Positions 33,398-41,387 of a DNA stretch of 41,387 nt are shown one piece after another. The translations under genes and the position numbers were made by a program. Below the pieces are notes generated by a model, which was given only the letters and a program-made list of their open reading frames with translations, searched no databases and was not told the DNA's origin. The first letter of the stretch is position 1. Each line of letters opens with the position of its first letter. The stretch is from Conidiobolus incongruus B7586 (Eukaryota): NCBI GenBank assembly GCA_000697335.1, contig JNEM01009213.1, positions 1 to 41,387 of the forward strand, given 5' to 3'.

Positions 33398-36300
33398 GAT
33401 GAATATTATTAATTTGAATTTTTAATTCTTAATCCACGCTTCTAAATCCATATATTTATACTCTATTTCACTTTTAGTTATCCTTAAAAATTCATTAATA
33501 TTTTAATAATAATTTTGATGCATGCAATTATAACAAGGTTCTCAAAGTCAAATGATCGAATATACATCCATTTAAAAATTTGAATTTTTGATTTTTTTCA
33601 ATTTGAAATGTTGTAACACTACTTTGGTGTGAATATTGAAAATTAAATCTGTTGGCTGCTTCGGCCCTTTTTTCATTTTAAAAATGTTATATATATTAAT
33701 AAATTTTAATAAATATATTTAATTATGATAATATACTTATAATAATTTTCTTTGAAGTCAATATTTCTTGAAATTAATAAAATTATTTTAATTATATTAG
33801 TTTTCAATATTATTCTGGTATTAGGGATAAAATAATCAATTTCCATTTTTAAAATTATATAATACGTAAAACTGGTATTTGTTTTAATATTTATCCATTA
33901 ATTAAATCTTGAAATTTTTAAAATTTACATCCGAATAAATTAAATTTTTAATTAATAAAATTAATTGATGAGAGATATATTTAAATATTTGAATATAATT
34001 TTTGGTAATTAATGTATATTTGAGTTGAAATGTATAGTATTTTAGTGGTAATTTTTATCTAATTATGGAATTTAAGCTTTTAACTTTGGTAATGGCCAAT
34101 ATTTGTTAACAAATATCAAATACTATACCTTTCAGTACTATATTAATTATATAATGATATTGATCATGTCAAGTAAAAAATATTCAAAGTTGATGAATAT
34201 GTGAATATAATTTAAGTAACAGTATTTGAAGTTTTTCATAATATATTTAATTATATACAAATATATATTCGAATTCATTAAAATATTATAATTTGAAAAA
34301 AATATTTCTTTTATTAACTAATGTTAATATTTTTAAAATTAAAATAAATTTTTATAAATTTATTTCTCTATATTAATATTATTTAATTAATAATTTAAGT
34401 CAGAAATATATAGTTAATATTTGAATTACACACTTTTGAAATAATAATTGTTTAATTCCAATACAAGATTAATATTAAATCTCAGAAAAAATAACTAATA
34501 TTTTAGCTTATTAATTGAATATTAAATAAAGCATAGTAAAAGCTTGATTAAGATTATTCATTTAATATTTTAGTTTAATTTTAAAAGGTCATATTAATTA
34601 TTTAATAATTGTGGAACTAATAAGATTTTCTGATTTAAAAAAGATCAAAATGTGAATTTGGTTATAAATTATTATTATTATTATATATTTCTCTTATCCA
34701 AAAATTTACAAAGTTCAATATGGAATATGCATTAAATATTTCTGAATATCAATTATATATTTTGCAAAATATAAACCTAATTTAATAATAATTATTATTA
34801 CAATATCTATAAATCTAGTAAATATTCCTTAATTAAAATATATTTGAATTTAATATTATTATTTTTCAAAATTTCTAAATTTAACTCTTGTGCACCCTGG
34901 ATTAATACTATTATATCTTAATATAATTTATAGAAATATTCATGTGATTAAGGAATGGATAAGTATAAATATATCAAATGATCCGTTTATTATCCTGATT
35001 TCTCATATTTAGGTAATACAGTTAATTCAACTAAATATATTTCTCAGAATTAAGAAAATTCGGATGATTAATTTGTAATGTGATATTAAAATTATGATTG
35101 AAGTGTTTGTGTTAACTTTTAATCTATCATTTACTTATAATGACTCATCCTTATGCTCGACTTGAATTTACTTATATGGTTATACTATTAATAATTACTA
35201 TAATTATCAAGTTTGAAAATTCAGAATTTTTTTCATTTCAAAATATTTTTGTAAGTTAATAAAAAAGTTTATATTAATATATTCTTGATTATTCTAATTT
35301 TTAATCTAATACAAAAATTAATTAAAATGTTAAATATACATATTAAGCTTATTTATATTTTATTGGTGTTGAATGAATATTTGAAATTAAACGGTATTAT
35401 TTCGATTAAATTAAATATTGAGTATATCATAATAATATATTAATGAATTTCATATTATCAACAAATTAATACTTAAGTTACTTGTATTTTTACTTAATAA
35501 ATATATGATTACTCTAAACCAATAATATATTTAATGAAATATCATCATTATGAACTTGAAATAGTGTTAATTCACAACCCTGGAAAGTTTATCAATTTCA
35601 CATATTTGATCAATCAAATTTTTGTAAAAATTCCATCTATAGTAATAGAAAGGATCAACATTTTCTTGGAATAACAATACTAGCACAAATTATTTAATTT
35701 TTTATAATATTCAACTTTCAATATAAATATATATAATACTTAATAGAGTTCATAAAATTTTATATTAAATTATATAATTATGGATATAAAATTTTGTCAA
35801 TAGATCTTGGTATCCAAAGTATTTAAAATTTTATCACTGTATTAATATTACGATGATAAAAAAGCTGAAATCGCTTTCATTTATTTCAATCAATTAATAA
35901 TAAGAAATATTTTTATAATATTGAGGCAAATTCTCGAAGCTTTCTCAATCAGCCTATATATTAATATCATAATAAAAGATACATAAATGTAATTAAATGA
36001 TAATTACAGATAATTGTATTAATTATTATATAACATTAAGGACTGTATTTCTTTCGAAGATAATATAATGATTGCAAACATTTCTAAGATATATTGTTTA
36101 AAATTGTAAATAGTCTAAGTTCAATTGAATTTATCTATTATTAAATCAATGGAATACAGAACATTGGTTAAAAGTTGATATTTTGATAATGATATACTAT
36201 CATGATTATCATTTCAACCTTTTTGAGTCACATGCATGTATAGGATATATTTAATTTAATAATAACCAAATCAAAATTATTCAAATATATCCTTTTTAAA

Positions 36301-37749
36301 ATTTAAGCTTAATGATCTTTTAAAGCCATAATTTATTTTGAAATTTACTTTATATTTTATAAATATTAAAAATAATTAAATTTCATAATAAGTATAATGG
36401 ACATTTAGAATTCTATTTTTAAGTTATAAAATTTTAATAATTCTTGAAAATATTATATCAAAATTTAATTAATCTAAAAATTTAATATTAAAAATAAACT
36501 TAATAATTTAATTAAATATGATTCCTAATATATATAATAAATTAATAAATGGGTAATTTAATATTATTTGATTAATTTATTTAATAATATAGTTAATCAC
36601 ATTTATAAACTTACTATTTTAATCTAATATTGTTATAATTTTATTATTATTGCCAAGAAAATAAATTAACTAAATTTTATTTAATATTAATTTTAGTGCT
36701 GTATATAAATATATTTGATAATTAATTTGTCAAAAATACATATATTTTTAATTAATTTTTTAAATAATAAATGAAATAAAATAAAATAACTTATTTGTAT
36801 GATAAACTTTTTTTGGCTTAGTTATAATTCAGTCACATGATCAATAATAAATAATAAATTTGAGGAATGGTAATCTTTAAAATTAATATCACGCAATCAT
36901 ATACTATGTCTCATTTTTTAGATCAAATGATATAGATTTGATAAAAGTCCAGTACATTTAGATATCTTATCAATGTTTGAACGAAAGACCTACTTGAGGT
37001 ATAAATTTAATAAAATTATTTTTTAAAGTACACATTTTATATTGTTGAATTCATTTTTCACAAGTATATGCATATAATATATTGGTTATAGCATATAAAA
37101 AATTAAATATAAAACACGTTAAAGGCGTCAAAATATATAATAATACAATAACATTAATATATATTAAATACACTTCATTTCAATATTTTAAATAGTTTTC
37201 CGATACATCGATTCATTCCACATAGTATATGATTCATAAAGTTTCAAATTTAAAACAAAAAACTCGAAAGTGAATTTAGTTAAATTTAATACAAAAAACT
37301 ATAAACTTAGATTTATATATATTTAAATTATTTCTACGTATTCATACTTGTCCTTTAATGATATATTTTTAAAATATTATATAATTTTTTAAATAGAATT
37401 AATTTATTTAAATCAATTTTCAAATATCACAAATTATACTCTTAATTAAAAAATTATTCAGTTTGAGGATTTAATAAATTATGAGCAGAAAGTGGTTATT
37501 AAATAATAAAATGAAATATTATCTCATTCAATTTTCTCATTTTATTATTTTTTATTTAAATGACCAATCTAACCTCAATATTACGTTTTATTAAAATATT
37601 TATTTTTATTTGAATACTTTTTAATATTTATAAATTATTTTATTTTTATTTAAAAAATTATAATAAAAATATTATAAAATTTTTAATAATTTTTTTATAT
37701 TGTTTATTTAATACTAATAAAATTAAATAAATAAATAAATAAATGAAAA

Positions 37750-38517
37750 TTAGACATTAGCTAAGATCCAGTCTTTAAGAGCTGAAACTCTAGCATAAAC
37801 ACCTGGCAATCTAGGTCTAGCACAGCCAATACCATAACTAGTTAAACCAACCAAAACTTGTTTTTTACCCTTCATGACAAATAAGGGACCTCCAGAGTCA
37901 CCTTGGCAGGTATCTCTTTGGCCTTCTGGGTAACCGGCACAGATTTGAGTGTTAGCATTAGTCATATTGAGATTGGCAGCTTGGTAATCCTTTTGGCATG
38001 TTTCAAAGTTGTAGACTGGGAGCTTGACTTCTTGTAAGATAGTGGTAGCAGGACCAGATCCAGTGGAACCCCAACCAATAGCAGTTAATAAAGTGTCATC
38101 CTTGTTACCATAGGTACCATCGTCCAATTCGACATCCGTACGCTTACCAGCGGGAGCATCAATTTTCCAGATAGCGACATCATAACCATCTTCTGTAGTC
38201 TTGTAGTTGGGATGGACTTTCTTAGACAACACTTTGTATGTCTTACCCTTTTCTTGTTTATCAGTCTTAGACAAATCATGTCGATGAACCTTAATGGTAC
38301 TAACGCTCACAGGGTTTTGGGAGCAGTGAGCAGCGGTAATGACAGTGTTACCATTCCAAAGTGTGCCACCACAGTCGTGTCTTCCACTGCGCTGGATAGA
38401 AACAAAGGCGGGATATTTGAAAGCAGGGGACACGTTGTAACCACCAACGATTCTGGGGGGAGGAACTACCAAACCGGTGGTAGGATCGACTACAGTATTG
38501 ACTCCAGTTAGTGACAT
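37750..38517 (-). CDS. Trypsin-like serine protease (S1A), copy 2, intronless, no signal peptide
   Basis: Same motifs and the same length (255 aa) as copy 1, in direct tandem at an offset of 5120 nt. TATAAATA at 38576-38569. Confidence 0.96.
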   Translation of the reverse strand: MSLTGVNTVVDPTTGLVVPPPRIVGGYNVSPAFKYPAFVSIQRSGRHDCGGTLWNGNTVITAAHCSQNPVSVSTIKVHRHDLSKTDKQEKGKTYKVLSKKVHPNYKTTEDGYDVAIWKIDAPAGKRTDVELDDGTYGNKDDTLLTAIGWGSTGSGPATTILQEVKLPVYNFETCQKDYQAANLNMTNANTQICAGYPEGQRDTCQGDSGGPLFVMKGKKQVLVGLTSYGIGCARPRLPGVYARVSALKDWILANV

Positions 38518-39399
38518 AGTTGAATTTGTATTATAATATTTTGATTTACAAGTTTGTAATATTTTTTGTATTTATACTTTATTGTAAAGTTTAATATTCA
38601 TTATCATATCATCAATCAAACTGGTTATTCATTTGATATAATTAACCTAAATTCAGATGTACATCAAATAATTCAAAAGATCCATATTTAATCAATTTTT
38701 ATTAAATTTTTAATTTAATTGTGATATTAGTACATTCTTTTGAGAATTAATTTAATAATCCTCAAGTATAATTGTTTTAAAAAAAATTAATTTTAAATAA
38801 TATTCAATTAAATTAAATAAATAATTAAAATTAATTAAATATTACATTGAATAACAAAAAAAAATATATAGGTTATTAATTATAATATTATCAATAAAAT
38901 GATATTTTATTATATACACAATTATCTAAAATTAAAATTACTTGAAATCACATTTTTTTTATATTATGACTAAAATTTTCTTTTAATAATTTATTTTTTA
39001 ATTATTAAATTTATAATAAATATTATATGAGAATTTAATTTTCGGTTATTATATTTAAAAGATAATTTTAAAATACTATTTTGCCATCGTGACTATATCA
39101 CTCAACTATTTAATCATATGTAAATAAAAAGTGTTAATCAAGTTAAGGATAGCAGATTAGGAATGTTTTCTTATTTGTTTTATAGTGTATATATTTAATA
39201 GTATTTATTATTTAATGAAGCCATATTTGTCAATAGATTTATAAATAATATTATAATTATAAATAATTTTAGTTCAACTTGGGATAGTGGTAACAATTTC
39301 TAAAAACTTCGGTTTTACATATTAAAGAGCTTTACTATTTGAGTTATAATTTCAATTAGTAATTGATTATTTTAAATATTACCGAAATATATAATCAGA

Positions 39400-40210
39400 A
39401 ATACTTGATATTTATTTTTAGATATAACTATGGCAGTTGGTACTTAAAATTGAATAATATTTTCCTGTCTAGTAAAAGAAAACATTAATATTTATTTTAA
39501 AAAATTTTATATTTGTTTATTATCTTTTATAATACCTTTTTAGAATATTATAATTTTGAAATAATTCAATTTTATTCAGATAGCATATTTCATTATTTTG
39601 GATAATATGTACATTATATAAAAAATTACAAGTTGATAACAATATTTCATATATTTATATCGTATTAATGTATATTCATAAACATTATAATGTCTCAATA
39701 ACTAAAAATTGTTTTATAAATTCTAAAAATTTTAATATTGATATACAAATAAAAATCAAATATGCTTGAATTTATGTATTTAGGTAGTATAATTTAAATT
39801 CAATATATAACTGTTAAAATTCTGGTTCAATGATAAAGGATTGTAAATAACAAAAAATAATCAATTTTCTTAAAATTGATTATTTTTATCAAAGTCATAG
39901 TAATTAATATATAGTACTATATTGTCTATATTTACATAAAAGTAATATTTAATTTAAACATTTTGGAGATGAAATTTTGAATATAATTTTATGAATGTAT
40001 ATTGGATATATCAAAATTATCAAAAAAAAATCAGTAAATTTTGCTAAGCTATTAATGAAAATATACAGGTTATTTTTGTGCAAATCAATTTGTTAAATTG
40101 AATTTAACATATAGATTGGTAAATTTGAATTTAATGAAAAATATACATTAATTCTGTAATCGAATGATTCTGCCCATCCTCCTGCACCTCAGCTCTGAAT
40201 AAAATTAATT
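39400..40210 (+). pseudogene. Probable heavily decayed DGAT2-family relic (fourth copy, opposite strand)
   Basis: Ordered fragments: LDITMAVG (~39418; cf. RDLILSLG), HFGDEILNIIL*MYIGYIKIIKKKS (~39959-40033; cf. HTGEKISEALV..GYIKLAIQS and DHIADLVLEKRYGFIKVAIETG) followed by GTAAAT...TACAG at the conserved intron position, NEKY..NSV (~40134) and SAHPPAPQL (~40168; cf. YSALHPPPE). Confidence 0.5.
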
Positions 40211-41387
40211 TAATTATTGTCATAACCTATAACATTTTTGAAATATATATTTTGGAATGTTATATATCTTTTTTTGGTAATAAACTTTATATTATTTTAC
40301 CCAAGCTTACGAATTAGTTTTCATAAACTTGAATCATATAATTTTCTTATTATTTATAAGACATAAACAATGTAATTGAAATTTGTTGTTTTAATTGATT
40401 TTATTTTGAATTTTTTGTTCATATTCTAGATTTATCTATGGTTAATAATATTGAATCCATATGTTTTGCTAATTACAATTTCAATCTAGCTGATATTTTG
40501 AAAATTTGTGTCACTTTCATTCTGAATTATTAATTTTTCAATTAATATTATATGCAATGATTTTTATAGGTTTTATTAACTTCTGTATGTAAGTTCTATA
40601 ATGTTCTCAAAGAATATAAAAGCTTATATGAAAAAGCACTTACTTGCACTTTAATTCTTAATCGTTTTTTGGATAAATTTCATATATTAAAGTTGATTTT
40701 TTATATATAATCCATAATACTTGATTTCTGCAAAATATTTGTTATTGAGTTAGAAAACTATATACATTAAATTTCAAATATTGGCCAATATCTTCCTTGA
40801 TAATTAATTATTATTTTATTATAGAGTTAATATAAAAAACCTGTATAAACCTATTTTTAGATCAATCAATTGAGAATCCATTTATATTATCTTAATTAAA
40901 TATAATATTTAAACAGATAATTATTTTATATAATATTAAAAATATGTATATCTAGTAAATTTATTTAATACAAATACTATTACCTTAAAATTTAAATAAT
41001 AGGAGTTTTTTTCTGATTGAAAAAAAAACAATTTAATATATTATATAAAATTATTTACTCTTTTGTATTATTAATAACTTTTTGCTATACTTCTAATAAA
41101 CTTTTAATATCTAAAAAATAATTTTTCTATTAAAGACTCAAATTTAATAATTTACAAACTAATTAAACTTTTTTATAAAGATTTTTTTTGTAAGCTAATT
41201 TTTTAATTATTTGAAATAAATATATTAAACTATATTATATTATAGGTAATATATCAAATATATTGGTTTTTCTATTTATTTTTAATTAAAAATCTTTTTA
41301 TAACTTTAATTTTATATATTTTATAATTTATATCAAAAATAATAAGTGATTTTAAATTATATAAAATATATTAATTAATAATAGTTT

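Noticed and set aside
35400..36300. Weakly coding-like patches between the trypsin genes
   Set aside because: Frames are broken and no trypsin or other motif was recognised.
22754..38517. Idea that the 7TM proteins are protease-activated receptors paired with the trypsins (N-terminal R|LVSQG)
   Set aside because: It rests only on proximity (9 kb or more, with DGAT2 genes in between) and one Arg at residue 4; there is no real support.
1..41387. CRISPR arrays, transposases, LTR/TIR elements, rRNA
   Set aside because: None seen; the context is eukaryotic, with no regularly spaced repeats or RT/integrase/DDE motifs.

Overview
A very AT-rich eukaryotic region with short GT-AG introns (about 45-60 nt). 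The gene content looks fungal, and the style suggests an early-diverging lineage such as Entomophthoromycota (inference only). Intact genes are two DGAT2/MOGAT-family acyltransferases with identical exon lengths, a bacterial-type (family I.5/I.6-like) lipase homolog, tRNA-Thr(AGU), a 4-exon cornichon/ERV14 gene missed by the ORF track, a 6-exon RFC small subunit, one 7TM GPCR-like gene and two trypsins without signal peptides. The lipase homolog has Glu in place of its catalytic Ser and uses a 10-nt micro-exon. An FLC/TRP-like channel gene and a second 7TM copy each carry a single-base frameshift. The intergenic DNA holds decayed copies: an SDR pseudogene, one clear and one probable DGAT2 relic, a tRNA-Thr pseudogene and possibly a class A GPCR relic. 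The most notable items are the inverted 7TM pair with an identical core and divergent tails, the leaderless trypsin pair with a perfect conversion-like tract, the pseudo-lipase, and a DGAT2 family in four stages of decay. No prokaryotic systems, CRISPR arrays or recognisable transposases were seen. All gene models were spliced and translated by hand; no database searches were run.
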